Below, in pieces: positions 40,621 to 50,577 of a DNA stretch of 64,000 nucleotides; the first letter of the stretch is position 1, and every line of letters starts with the position of its first letter. The notes beneath the pieces are model-generated. The model ran no database searches. It had not been told where the DNA came from and saw nothing but the letters and a program-made list of their open reading frames with translations. Origin of the DNA: a bacterium (GTDB lineage: Bacteria > UBA8248); assembly GCA_965219955.1 (NCBI GenBank), contig OZ244799.1:1216001-1280000 (forward strand), given 5' to 3'. A program made the translations under genes and the position numbers.

Positions 40621-41649
40621 ATGGCTGAAACCTCTGAATACAACATCGGAACACAGGAACTTCCCTTGATGGGGAAGGTGAACGCCATTCCCGAGAAAGC
40701 GGTGGAGGAGTATTTCACCAGCGGACACAGGACGTGCCAGGGTTGTGAGAGCGCCCTCATCATGCGCCTCATGGCCAAGGCGGCGGGCCCCCGCTCCATC
40801 ATCCTGGGCAGCACGGGCTGCATGTACGTGGCGAACACCACCTACTACAGCACCCCCTGGGTGGTGCCGTGGATGCACACGCAGCTGGGCTCTTCGGGCT
40901 CGGCGGCCACGGGAACGGCGGCGGCGCTCCGCGCGCTCATGCGCAAGGGCAAGATGAAGGAAGAGCCCATCAACGTCATCGCCTTCTGCGGCGACGGCGG
41001 CGGCATCGACATGGGCGTCTCGTCCATCTCGGCGGCGCTCATGCACGCGAAGTACAATCTGGCGATCATCTGCTACGACAACGAGTCGTACGCCAACACC
41101 GACATCCAGATTTCAGGCGCGTCTCCCTGGGGCGCCAACACGACGTTCACGCCTCCGGGCAAGAAATTCCGGATCATGCACGACTGCTGGAAGAAGAACA
41201 TCGCCGCCATGTACGCCGTGGGCCACACGCGCTGCAACTACGTGGCGACGGCGGATGCTTCCTACCCGGCGGATCTGATCGACAAGGTCCGCAAGGCGCT
41301 GGCCGTGAAGGGGCCCGCGTTCGTGCACACGCTCGACCCGTGCCCGAAGGGATGGGACTACGACCCGTTCTACTCCCACAAGCTCGGCGAACTGGCCGTG
41401 GAAACCGGCCTGTTCCCGCTCTGGGAGATGACGGACGGGGCGCTCACCTACACGGGCATTTCCGCCCGGCAGGTGTACGGCAAGCGTGGCCGCAAGCCGG
41501 TGCGCGAATACCTGGAGACGCAGGGCCGCTTCCACCATTTCGTGGAGGAAGACTACGAATACTTCCAGAGCGAAGTGGACAAGATGTGGGACGACTGGAT
41601 GGTTCCCGGCGTCATCCCCTTCAAGGTGAACGACCCGAGCAAGAAGTAG
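40621..41649 (+). CDS. 2-oxoacid:ferredoxin oxidoreductase beta subunit (TPP-binding)
   Basis: Motifs GHRTCQGC, TGCMYVAN, GDGG...YDNESYANT, PCPKGW. Confidence 0.9.
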   Translation: MAETSEYNIGTQELPLMGKVNAIPEKAVEEYFTSGHRTCQGCESALIMRLMAKAAGPRSIILGSTGCMYVANTTYYSTPWVVPWMHTQLGSSGSAATGTAAALRALMRKGKMKEEPINVIAFCGDGGGIDMGVSSISAALMHAKYNLAIICYDNESYANTDIQISGASPWGANTTFTPPGKKFRIMHDCWKKNIAAMYAVGHTRCNYVATADASYPADLIDKVRKALAVKGPAFVHTLDPCPKGWDYDPFYSHKLGELAVETGLFPLWEMTDGALTYTGISARQVYGKRGRKPVREYLETQGRFHHFVEEDYEYFQSEVDKMWDDWMVPGVIPFKVNDPSKK

Positions 41650-41678
41650 GGATACGGGAACGAAGAGCCGGCAAGTCC

Positions 41679-41710
41679 AGGGCGGGGCCCTTCGGGGTCC
41701 CGCTCTTTTT
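41679..41710 (+). terminator. Intrinsic terminator of the oxidoreductase operon
   Basis: agggcggggccc-ttcg-gggtcccgctct followed by tttt. Confidence 0.7.
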
Positions 41711-41746
41711 CGCTCACCCCTGATCCACGGACCCGAAGAGACGAAG

Positions 41747-42643
41747 ATGAACGAAATGAAGGAAATGAAAAAAGGGAAAGACGAGGCCTCGATGGTGTAC
41801 GTGCCCGCCGGTTCTTTCCGGATGGGGTCTGAGGTCGGGAATGCGGACGAACGACCCCAGCGCGAGGTCACTCTCGACGCTTTCTGGATGGATAAATATT
41901 GCGTGACGAACGCACAGTACCGCGCCTTCCTGGAAGAAACCGAGGCATTCTCGCCGCCGCCCTCATTCTCGAGGGATGATTTCGTGGGGCCGGAGCAGCC
42001 CATCGTCAGCATCAGCTGGGAGGAGGCGAACGCATACGCCCGGTGGGTGGGCAAGCGCCTGCCGACCGAGGCGGAGTGGGAGAAGGCGGCGCGCGGAACG
42101 GACGGGCGCAAGTATCCATGGGGCGAGGATGAACCCTCTCCCGGGCGGGCCGTCTACGCGAGTACGGAAACCGATATTCACTGTCCCGCCAACGTGGGCG
42201 AGTTCGAAGAGAGCGCCTCTCCCTACAATTGCGTGCAGATGGCCGGAAACGTCTTCGAGTGGGTCTCGGACTGGTTTGACGGGTTTTATTACCAGACGGG
42301 CCCGGCGGAGAATCCGCAAGGGCTCGAGAAGCCGACCTTCGAGGTGGCGATGGCGAAGGTGCCCGTATTCGCCGTTCCGGGCGGGGGAAATCTGAGCCTG
42401 GGCGAAGTCAAGCGCGGCGAGCGCTACGAAATCCTGCACCGCGACGAGGACAGCTACAGGATCCGCTTCGGGAACACCGAGGGCTGGCTCCCGCGCAGGG
42501 CGGGCTACGCCTGGACGGCCAAGGTCGCCCGCGGCTGCGGCTGGGACTACATCGAAGACAGCCTCAGGTGCTCGGCCAGAGAGGGCTTCGAGCCCTGGTA
42601 CAAGAATTTCAACATCGGCTTCCGGTGCGCGATGGACGCCTGA
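41747..42643 (+). CDS. FGE-sulfatase-fold protein with an inserted SH3b-like segment
   Basis: Motifs VPAGSFRMG, RLPTEAEWEKAARG, MAGNVFEW, GFRC. About 55 extra residues lie between NPQG and KVARG. Confidence 0.8.
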   Translation: MNEMKEMKKGKDEASMVYVPAGSFRMGSEVGNADERPQREVTLDAFWMDKYCVTNAQYRAFLEETEAFSPPPSFSRDDFVGPEQPIVSISWEEANAYARWVGKRLPTEAEWEKAARGTDGRKYPWGEDEPSPGRAVYASTETDIHCPANVGEFEESASPYNCVQMAGNVFEWVSDWFDGFYYQTGPAENPQGLEKPTFEVAMAKVPVFAVPGGGNLSLGEVKRGERYEILHRDEDSYRIRFGNTEGWLPRRAGYAWTAKVARGCGWDYIEDSLRCSAREGFEPWYKNFNIGFRCAMDA

Positions 42644-43185
42644 AGTTCATTTCTCGAAATCTGCAGGGCTCAACTACCTTCGACTGAAGAATGCTTCGGG
42701 TGTGAGAACCACGCGCCGAAGGGCGTCGTCCACCCGCTTCCTGGCCAACCAGGCGACCGCGCACTGCAAACTATTGCAGGACGGCTCCGCCCAAGATGCA
42801 AGGAGGGCCTGACTGCTCCACAGAGTTCCTCTCTGCCGGATCCGGTGACGCCCGCCGCGACCTGATGGAACGCTTGCTCGGAGGTCGCCAGTTATCGCCG
42901 CCGTTCCGGCTTCCCCAGTGGACACACGGGAGCGCGGAGTGGAAAACATCTGATCCCTGCATGAAGACATCTGGAGAATGAAAAAGGAAATCCATCGCTA
43001 TATAATGATTCATTGAGAAAACCGAGCAAACAAGACAACGGCGGCGACGGTCCATCTCATTCCCGAAACATTGCCGGCGATCAGCTCTGCCGCAAGTCAC
43101 AATCGGGATATCCGGGCCTCGAACTTGCCGCCAAAGGCGGGGCTGGTATTCTGCCGTGGTTGCGCACCCGTTTTGGAGGGGCGAG

Positions 43186-43767
43186 TTGAGAATTCATCTG
43201 AAGAGGTTCCTGAAGGTTCTTCACACGATTGCCGCTTGTGGCCTCATCGGCGGTCTGTTGACCATCGTCAGCGCAAAGGCCTGTGCCGCTGCCGAACAGC
43301 ATCTGCGCCTCATCGACCGCCTCGACCGGCCGCGGGACGGCTATTGCATCGACATTCCGGGCACCCCCGGCAATCTGCGCACGGATATCCCGCTGTTCGC
43401 CCACAATTGTAAGGTCGGGCTGCCGCCGGACGCGGCCGTCGTGTTTACACCGGAAGGCTATATCCGGTTTCCGGCGCCCAACAAGTGCGTGACCATTGCC
43501 GGCGTGAATCGGGGCGCCCTGCCGGGCGCCGCCGCGATGCTCGCCGATTGCGGCGCCTCGTCCATCTTCTTCAGCGCCGCCAATTTTCAGCGTTTCGAGC
43601 TGAAAGCCGACGGCAAGCTGGTCCTCAAGAATTCCAACCTGTGCCTCGCGGTCGGCGCCGTCTCCGCCGCCACCTACTCAAGCGCCGACCGCTGGCGAAC
43701 CCTGTTTGTGGACGATTGCGATAGGGCGGATCCCAAGCTTTCCCGCTGGGAGTTCATTACGCCGTAA
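43186..43767 (+). CDS. Exported ricin-type beta-trefoil lectin-like protein
   Basis: Hydrophobic N-terminus. Three Cys-paired repeats (YCIDI..HNC, KCVT..ADC, LCLA..DDC). RBS GGAGG before TTG. Confidence 0.65.
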   Translation: MRIHLKRFLKVLHTIAACGLIGGLLTIVSAKACAAAEQHLRLIDRLDRPRDGYCIDIPGTPGNLRTDIPLFAHNCKVGLPPDAAVVFTPEGYIRFPAPNKCVTIAGVNRGALPGAAAMLADCGASSIFFSAANFQRFELKADGKLVLKNSNLCLAVGAVSAATYSSADRWRTLFVDDCDRADPKLSRWEFITP

Positions 43768-43841
43768 GGTGGCTTGCCGCCCGAAAGCGGGCGCCAGCCG
43801 GAAGTGCATCAGCGATGCGTCCGGTGTGAAACCTCACCCGA

Positions 43842-45368
43842 TCAGGCCGAAGTGCCCGCCCGGGAAACCCTGAATCGGAAGATCATCGGCACGATCGGAA
43901 GGACGAACAGGACGACGGAAACCATCATCAGCACCGCCGCGATGGGGTGGCCTGCGAAGTCGAAGAAGATCCCGGGGTCTCCGTGGCTCATGATCATGCT
44001 CTGGCGGAAGGTGCGCTCCGTGAGTCCCCCCAATACCAGCGCCAGCACCATCGGGGCGAGGGGATAGTCGAGCTTGCGGAATATGTAGCCGACCGCGCCG
44101 AATATGAACATGAGATACACGTCGAACATGTCCTGCGTCGGCGAGAACCCGCCCACCGCGCAGACGACCAGGATGATCGGCGCCAGGATCGTCATGGGCA
44201 TCCTGAGCATCCAGATGAAGATGGGGACGGCGAAGATGGCGACGATGACCGCCATCGTGTTTGCGATGTAGAGGCTCCCCGTAAGCCCCCAGACGAACTC
44301 CGCGTTTTCGACGAACAGCCGGGGTCCCGGCACGAGCCCCCAAACGAACAGGGCGCCGAGCATGACCGCCGTGGTCGGGGAGCCCGGGATTCCCAGCGTC
44401 AGCATGGGGAGCATGGAGCCCGTGCTCGCCGCGTTGTTGGCGCACTCGGGCGCGGCCACCCCTTCGAGGGCGCCCTTGCCGAATTCCTCCGGATTTTTCG
44501 CAAACCGCTTCGCGATGCTGTAGCTCATGAAACTCGCGGGCGTGGCGCCCGCGGCGGGCAGCATGCCCACGAAAAACCCGAGCAGGGAGCCTCTCACGAT
44601 CGTGGGGGCGCATTTCGTGAGGTTCCTGAGCGTCGAGATGATCTCGCTGACGCCGAGTTTCGCCTGGTATCTCTCTTTCGTCTTGAACCCTTCTTCCAGG
44701 GTGTAGAAAATTTCCCCGACGCCGTAGATGCCGATGGCCAGCACCAGGAAATTGATGCCGTGGTAAAAACCCGTGATGCCCCCGAATATCAGGCGCGGCG
44801 AGCCGCTCACGATGTCGGTGCCCACGGTGGACATGAGCAGGCCCAGCATGGTGGCGATGATGGTCTTGAGCGGGCTTTCCCCGCCCAGCCCCGCAAAGGT
44901 GGCGTACGCCAGAAGCACGACGGCGAACTCCTCGGGCGGGCCGAAGCGCAGGGCGAACTCGGCCAGGGGCGGGGCGAAGAAGGTGAAGAGGACGATGGAC
45001 AGGGTGCCGCCGATGAAACTGGCCACCGCGGCCGTCACAAGGGCATCGGCGGCTTTTCCCCTCCTCGCCAGCGGGTAGCCGTCGAACGTCGTCGCGACGG
45101 CCGTGGACGCGCCCGGAATGTTCAGCGTGATCGAACTGATGGCGCCGCCGTACATGGCCCCGTAGTAGATGGCCGCCAGGAAGATGATGGCGCTCGTGGG
45201 CGGGACGGCGAACGTGATGGGCAAAAGGATGGCGACGCCGTTCACCGAACCCAGGCCCGGCATCGCGCCGATGGCGACGCCCAGCACGACGCCGAACAGC
45301 GCCATCAAGAGGTTTTGCGGCGAGAGCGCAATACCAAGACCGTAGAATAGGTTTCCAAGAATCTCCAA
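43842..45368 (-). CDS. tctA: Tripartite tricarboxylate transporter large permease
   Basis: Motifs GAMPGLG, YYGAMYGG, NIPG, TTFDGYP, PECANNA, LTLGIPGS. Confidence 0.93.
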   Translation of the reverse strand: MEILGNLFYGLGIALSPQNLLMALFGVVLGVAIGAMPGLGSVNGVAILLPITFAVPPTSAIIFLAAIYYGAMYGGAISSITLNIPGASTAVATTFDGYPLARRGKAADALVTAAVASFIGGTLSIVLFTFFAPPLAEFALRFGPPEEFAVVLLAYATFAGLGGESPLKTIIATMLGLLMSTVGTDIVSGSPRLIFGGITGFYHGINFLVLAIGIYGVGEIFYTLEEGFKTKERYQAKLGVSEIISTLRNLTKCAPTIVRGSLLGFFVGMLPAAGATPASFMSYSIAKRFAKNPEEFGKGALEGVAAPECANNAASTGSMLPMLTLGIPGSPTTAVMLGALFVWGLVPGPRLFVENAEFVWGLTGSLYIANTMAVIVAIFAVPIFIWMLRMPMTILAPIILVVCAVGGFSPTQDMFDVYLMFIFGAVGYIFRKLDYPLAPMVLALVLGGLTERTFRQSMIMSHGDPGIFFDFAGHPIAAVLMMVSVVLFVLPIVPMIFRFRVSRAGTSA

Positions 45369-45449
45369 TTTACTCGGCCCTTAGGACAAGCCTTGCCCCA
45401 CGATTACCGGGATTTCCCTGACGGATGGGCAAAGGAAACGGTGAAATCA

Positions 45450-45941
45450 TCAGTTCCAGTAAAACAAAAACTCCGCATACCCCTTCGGCAGGGGGATGAT
45501 CAGGAATTTTTCGAAAATGTAATACACCACGACGGGCACGCCAATCGACACGCCGAGGCTCGTCTTGAGGTTGTGCCCCCCGACCAGAAACAAGCAATAG
45601 AAGATGAAAAGGGCCGCCGAGAAATAGACCGAGATAACGCCGATCAGGAGAATCATGATCATGCCGGGCAGGCCGACGCGCATCAGGTCGCGCAAGCCTT
45701 CCCGGCTCATGAATACTCCCGCGCCGGCCGTGGCGGATTTGTCGCGCCGTGAGGAAGCCAGCGACTGGATCAGCACCATCAACGCCACGGCGGCGATTCC
45801 CAGAGAGAGCCAGAAGGGGAGGAAGCCCCCTCCCGGCCCTTCTTTGGGAAGAATGCCGACGGGTAGTTCCGTAGCTTTCCAGGCGACGCTAAGGGACACG
45901 AAAATCAGTCCGATGGCGACTATCCTATCCGCCCGTTGCAT
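45450..45941 (-). CDS. tctB: Tripartite tricarboxylate transporter small permease
   Basis: Motifs GPGGGFLP and FEKFLIIPLPKG. Lies between tctC and tctA. Confidence 0.88.
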   Translation of the reverse strand: MQRADRIVAIGLIFVSLSVAWKATELPVGILPKEGPGGGFLPFWLSLGIAAVALMVLIQSLASSRRDKSATAGAGVFMSREGLRDLMRVGLPGMIMILLIGVISVYFSAALFIFYCLFLVGGHNLKTSLGVSIGVPVVVYYIFEKFLIIPLPKGYAEFLFYWN

Positions 45942-45960
45942 CTAAAGTCTTCTCCACAAA

Positions 45961-46965
45961 CTAATTCTTCAGCAATCCCATGCCCATGAGCAGCTTCTTG
46001 TGCTTCACGTCCTCATCGGCGAAGAATTTGCCCAGCGGAGCGCCGCTCAGGCAGGCGCGGTTCAGCGCCTTCTTGGACGTATAGTCTTTCCACTCCTTGG
46101 AATTGCACAGCATGTTGAACAGGTTCGTATACCATGCCAGGGCGTCCTTGGGGATGCCGCCGGGCGCGTTGATGCTGCGCTGCATGAAGTACACGAGTTG
46201 CGGCTGGCCCAGTTCCTTGAACGTGGGCACTTCCTTGAACGCCGGGATGCGCTCGGGCGTCAGCGCGGCGATCGGCTTCATCTTGCCGGGATAGTGCGGC
46301 AGACCCTCGGAGGGGTTGTTCACCGTCGAATCGACGTGGCCGCCGGCGAGGTTTTTCGCCACGGTGCCGCCGCCCCGGAAGGGCACGTAGGTAATCATGC
46401 CCTTGAGGCCATAGGCCTGCATGAGCATGTTGGTGACGAGCTGGTCCTCCTGCATCTTGCCCGTGCCGCCCATCGTCCATTTCCCTTTCTTGGCCTTCAC
46501 GGCCTTCACGAAATCATCCATGTTCTTGATTCCGGATTTCGTGTTGACCCAGAGCAGGAACGTGTCCATGGCCAGGCGGTAGACCGGCGTGAGCTTCGTG
46601 TAGTTCACCGGCAGCTTCCGCAGGGCAGGGGTCGTGAAGAAGCTGTTCAGCGTCACGAGGATGACGTGCGGGTTCCCTTTTTTCGATAGCAGATAGAGCA
46701 TCGCCTCGGCGCCCGAGCCGCCTTTCTTGTTGATCGGAACCAGGGGCTGCGGCGACCACTTGTTCTGGGTGACGATCTTCTGCATGAGGCGGGCGATGCG
46801 GTCCGCGCCGCCGCCCTTGCCCGCCATGATGACGAATTCAATCGGGCGCGTGGGCTTCCATGCAGCGAGGGCCTGTGTGGTCCCCAGCGCAACGACGATG
46901 AGCAAACTCAGCGCAAGGGTGAGGAACGGAATAGCGCGTTTCGATGGTTTCAGCGATTTCATCAT
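45961..46965 (-). CDS. tctC: Tripartite tricarboxylate transporter substrate-binding protein (Bug/TctC)
   Basis: Signal peptide. Motifs WKPTRPIEF, GGGADRIAR, NKKGGSG, VPFRGGG, VPTFKELG. Confidence 0.92.
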   Translation of the reverse strand: MMKSLKPSKRAIPFLTLALSLLIVVALGTTQALAAWKPTRPIEFVIMAGKGGGADRIARLMQKIVTQNKWSPQPLVPINKKGGSGAEAMLYLLSKKGNPHVILVTLNSFFTTPALRKLPVNYTKLTPVYRLAMDTFLLWVNTKSGIKNMDDFVKAVKAKKGKWTMGGTGKMQEDQLVTNMLMQAYGLKGMITYVPFRGGGTVAKNLAGGHVDSTVNNPSEGLPHYPGKMKPIAALTPERIPAFKEVPTFKELGQPQLVYFMQRSINAPGGIPKDALAWYTNLFNMLCNSKEWKDYTSKKALNRACLSGAPLGKFFADEDVKHKKLLMGMGLLKN

Positions 46966-47228
46966 ATTCCCTCCTGTTTATGCTGCGGAATGCTGTGCCT
47001 GCTACAGCGAAAATGATCCCACGACTGGTTTATGATTTGAAGATGACGAATGCCCCCCACTCTCGTCAAAGCTGGAATTTTTCGAAAAGCATAACTTTCA
47101 CAGCGGTTGCGAATTCCCGGATTTTACCATGAAGCAGCGCGCTTCTCAACGATGCGATTTTCGCCGGTGGGCGGGAATTGGCCGCATTTGCATTGCCCGG
47201 GGCGTATGAAGCGTCAAATCGCCTGCGT

Positions 47229-47672
47229 TTAGGTTTCCTCGATATCCTCTCTCGATTCGAACTCCCTGACGGCGCGGCGGATGTAGGGAGGCACGCGGAC
47301 GGGCTTTTGCGACTCCCTGTCGATGATCACATAGGCCGTCTGCGACCTGGCGACGAAGCGCTCCGACTCCGCCTCGTAGATCTCATAGTCCATCCTGATA
47401 CTCGTGTTCCCGATGTCATGGATGCGCGCGTAGACGTGGAGCACCTCGTCGAAATGGGCGGGTGCGAGAAACTGGACCGAGGCGTCGACGATGACGATGT
47501 CGTACCCGCGCTCGAGCATGTCGAAGTAGGGGACGCCGATGGTGCGCAGGTAATCCATCTGCGCGGTATCGACGTAGAGGAGGTAGTTGGCGTTGAACAC
47601 CACGCCTTGCAAGTCGGTCTCGCCGAAGCGGACGCGCATTTCACTCTTGTAGCTGTACTGGTCTTTGGGCAT
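47229..47672 (-). CDS. Acyl-CoA thioesterase (YbgC/4HBT hotdog fold)
   Basis: Motif RVRFGETDLQGVVFNANY. Confidence 0.9.
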   Translation of the reverse strand: MPKDQYSYKSEMRVRFGETDLQGVVFNANYLLYVDTAQMDYLRTIGVPYFDMLERGYDIVIVDASVQFLAPAHFDEVLHVYARIHDIGNTSIRMDYEIYEAESERFVARSQTAYVIIDRESQKPVRVPPYIRRAVREFESREDIEET

Positions 47673-47725
47673 AGGGCCTTTCTAATGAAAACGCCCGGAA
47701 TTCGCAAACGCGCGCGCGGCGTCAA

Positions 47726-48050
47726 GAGGCTGTTGAAAAATGTATCCTCGAGGGAATACGGCCTGTTGCGCATACGCCGTCCTTGCCCGCAATACCCTCC
47801 TCATCCCGAGTAGGCGCGCTTGCGCGCCGTATCGAGGGAGCGCCTCTTCGACAGGCCCAGGCAAGACCCTTCGATACAAACGCTCCTTTCTCAGTCGCGT
47901 TTACCTTCGGCGGCTACTCAGGGTGAGGCAGATATGTTGGCATGCAAGACGAGAGTTTGACGCGAACGATGGGGCCAGTTCCGACCAAGAAAAAAAGAAC
48001 TGCTTTGATTGCGCCCGCCCGGAGATGCTGTTTTTTTTTTCAATAACCCC
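47726..48050. mobile_element. MITE-like element containing a REP pair
   Basis: gaggctgttgaaaaa ... tttttcaataacccc, enclosing ctcatcccgagtagg...tatcgaggg / cccttcgata...ctactcagggtgagg. Confidence 0.68.
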
Positions 48051-48147
48051 TTCAAATGTGGCCTTCGGCTTGTTCCCTCACAGGCGTCGGTTATAATAGC
48101 GGCGGCCGGGATGGGGCCGGTCGGTTATCAATCACTCGGAGTCGTTC

Positions 48148-49416
48148 ATGATCAGCGTGGAAGAGGCTCGTAACTCGATACTGGAGATGATACGCCCGAT
48201 GGGGCGCGAGCGGGTGGGCCTGCTCGATTGTCCAGGCAGGGTGCTGGCTGAGGATGTCCAATCCTCACGGCCCGTTCCGCCGTGGAACAACTCCGCGATG
48301 GACGGCTACGCCCTGCGGGCGGAAGACGTGACGGGCGCGAGCCGCGAGACGCCCAGGACGCTGAAAGTGGTCGAGGAGATCCAGGCGGGCGTCGTGTCGA
48401 CCCGCACGCTCGGCCCGGGCGAGGCCATCAAGATCATGACGGGCGCGCCCATCCCGGACGGGGCGGACGCCGTCGTGTTGGTGGAGGAGACGGAGCGAAC
48501 CTCCGAGGAGGAGGTGGAGATATTCCTCGCTGTGCGCGAGGGAGAAGCGATCCGGCTTGCCGGTGAGGACGTCCAGCCCGGCGAGACGGTTCTCTCGCAA
48601 GGAACCCGCCTTGGCGCGGCATCCGCCGGCATGCTGGCGAACATCGGCCGGGCGCGGGTGTACGTGTACCAGAAACCGAAGGTGGCCATCCTCGCGACGG
48701 GAGAGGAACTCGTCGATCTGGGAGACGCCCCAGATGTGGGGCAGATATTCAACTCCAACTCCTACGCCCTGGCCGCCCAGGTGCTCGAAGCGGGCGGCGA
48801 GCCGGTTCTCCTGGGCATCGCCCGCGACAACGCAGAAGACCTGACCCGCCACATCAATGACGGCTTGGCCGCCGACTTGCTCATCACGAGCGGCGGCGTG
48901 TCGGTGGGTGATTTCGATCTCGTGAAATCCACGCTGGGCGGGCTGGGGAACGATATGCGCTTCTGGCGCGTGCGCATGAAGCCGGGCAAGCCGATGGCCT
49001 TCGGCGTCCTGAACGGCAAGCCCGTGTTCGGCCTGCCGGGGAACCCCGTCTCCACGATGGTCAGCTTCGAGCTTTTCGTGCGGCCGTCGCTGCTCAAGAT
49101 GCAGGGCTTTGAGAACCTCTTCCGCCCGAGCGTGGAGGCGCGCCTCCTGCACCCGCTCACGAAATCCCCCGAGCGGCGCCACTACGTGCGCTCGGTCGCA
49201 TACCGCGACGGGGACGAATGGGCGGTACAGGCCATCGAGGCGCAGGGCTCCAACATCCTGCACTCCATGGTGCGGGCGAACGCCCTGGTCGTATTCCCCG
49301 AATACGAGACCGAACTCGCCGCCGGGAGCCGCGTACAGGTGATTTTGCTGGGGGAGACGCCCTCTCAAAAACCCGAGCACCTCGAGATGTCTACCCCGGA
49401 GCGGGTGCACTCCTGA
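48148..49416 (+). CDS. moeA: Molybdopterin molybdotransferase
   Basis: Motifs NSAMDGYA, IMTGAPIP, TGEEL, TSGGVSVGDFD, MKPGKP, LPGNPVS. Confidence 0.95.
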   Translation: MISVEEARNSILEMIRPMGRERVGLLDCPGRVLAEDVQSSRPVPPWNNSAMDGYALRAEDVTGASRETPRTLKVVEEIQAGVVSTRTLGPGEAIKIMTGAPIPDGADAVVLVEETERTSEEEVEIFLAVREGEAIRLAGEDVQPGETVLSQGTRLGAASAGMLANIGRARVYVYQKPKVAILATGEELVDLGDAPDVGQIFNSNSYALAAQVLEAGGEPVLLGIARDNAEDLTRHINDGLAADLLITSGGVSVGDFDLVKSTLGGLGNDMRFWRVRMKPGKPMAFGVLNGKPVFGLPGNPVSTMVSFELFVRPSLLKMQGFENLFRPSVEARLLHPLTKSPERRHYVRSVAYRDGDEWAVQAIEAQGSNILHSMVRANALVVFPEYETELAAGSRVQVILLGETPSQKPEHLEMSTPERVHS

Positions 49417-49459
49417 AGAAATTGTTTTTCGACAACCGACTCTTCCTCGAGTGTTCTGC

Positions 49460-50083
49460 ATGAGTCCCGAAACAGCGCCCGAACTTCCCTATTCCGCCGC
49501 CATTTTGGCGGGCGGCCGGAGCCGCCGCATGGGGCGGGACAAATCCATGCTGGAGATAGGCGGCGTTCCCGTCATCAGGCGCATCGCGGACACTTTGGGC
49601 GGGATGTTCAGGGATGTGTTCGTCGTGGCGAACGAGAAAGCAGAATACGAGCGCATGGGTCTCGATGTGGTGGGGGACATTCATCCGGGCAACGATTCGT
49701 TGGGCGGCCTCCATACCGCCGTGGCGACGGCGAAAGGCTCGCACGTCTTCGTGGCGGGATGCGACATGCCGCTCTTGCAACCCGCGCTCATCCGCGGCCT
49801 CGCCTCGATGGTGGAGGACTGGGACGTAATCATCCCGATCAAGGACGATTACCCCGAGCCGCTTTGCGCGTTCTACGGAAAGAATTGTGCGCCCCACATC
49901 GAGGAGTCGATTTCGAGAGGGCGTCTTAAGATGATAGGGTTTCACGAACGTGTGTGCGTAAAGCTGGTGGAAGAGGCGCTCTGGAGAGAGTGGGACGCTG
50001 AAGGCGCCTCTTTCCTGAACGCGAACACGCCCGAGGAATTCGAAAAAATCAAAGCCGTTTCCATGGGGGGAGAGCCGAAATGA
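49460..50083 (+). CDS. mobA: Molybdenum cofactor guanylyltransferase
   Basis: Motifs ILAGGRSRRMGRDK, CDMP, EPLCAFY, NANTPEE. Confidence 0.92.
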   Translation: MSPETAPELPYSAAILAGGRSRRMGRDKSMLEIGGVPVIRRIADTLGGMFRDVFVVANEKAEYERMGLDVVGDIHPGNDSLGGLHTAVATAKGSHVFVAGCDMPLLQPALIRGLASMVEDWDVIIPIKDDYPEPLCAFYGKNCAPHIEESISRGRLKMIGFHERVCVKLVEEALWREWDAEGASFLNANTPEEFEKIKAVSMGGEPK

Positions 50084-50538
50084 GCATTGCCGAGCGAATG
50101 AGTGAACTGGGAATCGAACTGCCGGATGCGCCCGCGCCCGTCGGGGCGTATGTGCCGTACGTCATCTCCGGGTCCTTGATGTTCATCTCGGGGCAGATCC
50201 CCATCAGGGACGGCAAAATGATCCATGAGGGAAAAGTGCCGCTCGACGTCACGGTCGAGCAGGGCCAGGAGTGCGCGGCGCTCTGTTTCCTGAACGCCAT
50301 CGCGCAGGCGAAAGCGGCCCTGGGCGATCTGGAGCGCGTGGAGAGGATCGTGCGGATGAGCGGGTACGTGGCCGTTGCGCCGGATTTCACCGCCCAGCCC
50401 CTCGTCGTGAACGGCGCGTCCAATCTGGCCGCCGAGATTTTCGGGGACAAGGGTTTGCACGCGAGAGTGGCGGTCGGCGTGACGGAACTGCCCCTGGGAG
50501 CGCCCGTGGAACTTGAAGTGATACTTGAGGTCAGGTGA
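50080..50538 (+). CDS. RidA/YjgF family protein (Arg-containing)
   Basis: Motifs ISGQIP, NGAS, HARVAVG, LPLGAPVELE. Confidence 0.9.
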   Translation: MSIAERMSELGIELPDAPAPVGAYVPYVISGSLMFISGQIPIRDGKMIHEGKVPLDVTVEQGQECAALCFLNAIAQAKAALGDLERVERIVRMSGYVAVAPDFTAQPLVVNGASNLAAEIFGDKGLHARVAVGVTELPLGAPVELEVILEVR

Positions 50539-50577
50539 GTTATGTGGGCCTGTATTAAGGGAGTACAGCCGTCGTGT

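Noticed and set aside
42674-43100. Short ORFs between the FGE-like and lectin genes
   Set aside because: No recognisable motifs or RBS. Probably degraded or non-coding sequence.
38164-45350. Long antisense ORFs (e.g. 38164-39471, 39547-41046, 43947-45350; also 23253-24674 and 51035-52444)
   Set aside because: These are shadow frames of well-supported genes, expected from high-GC codon bias.
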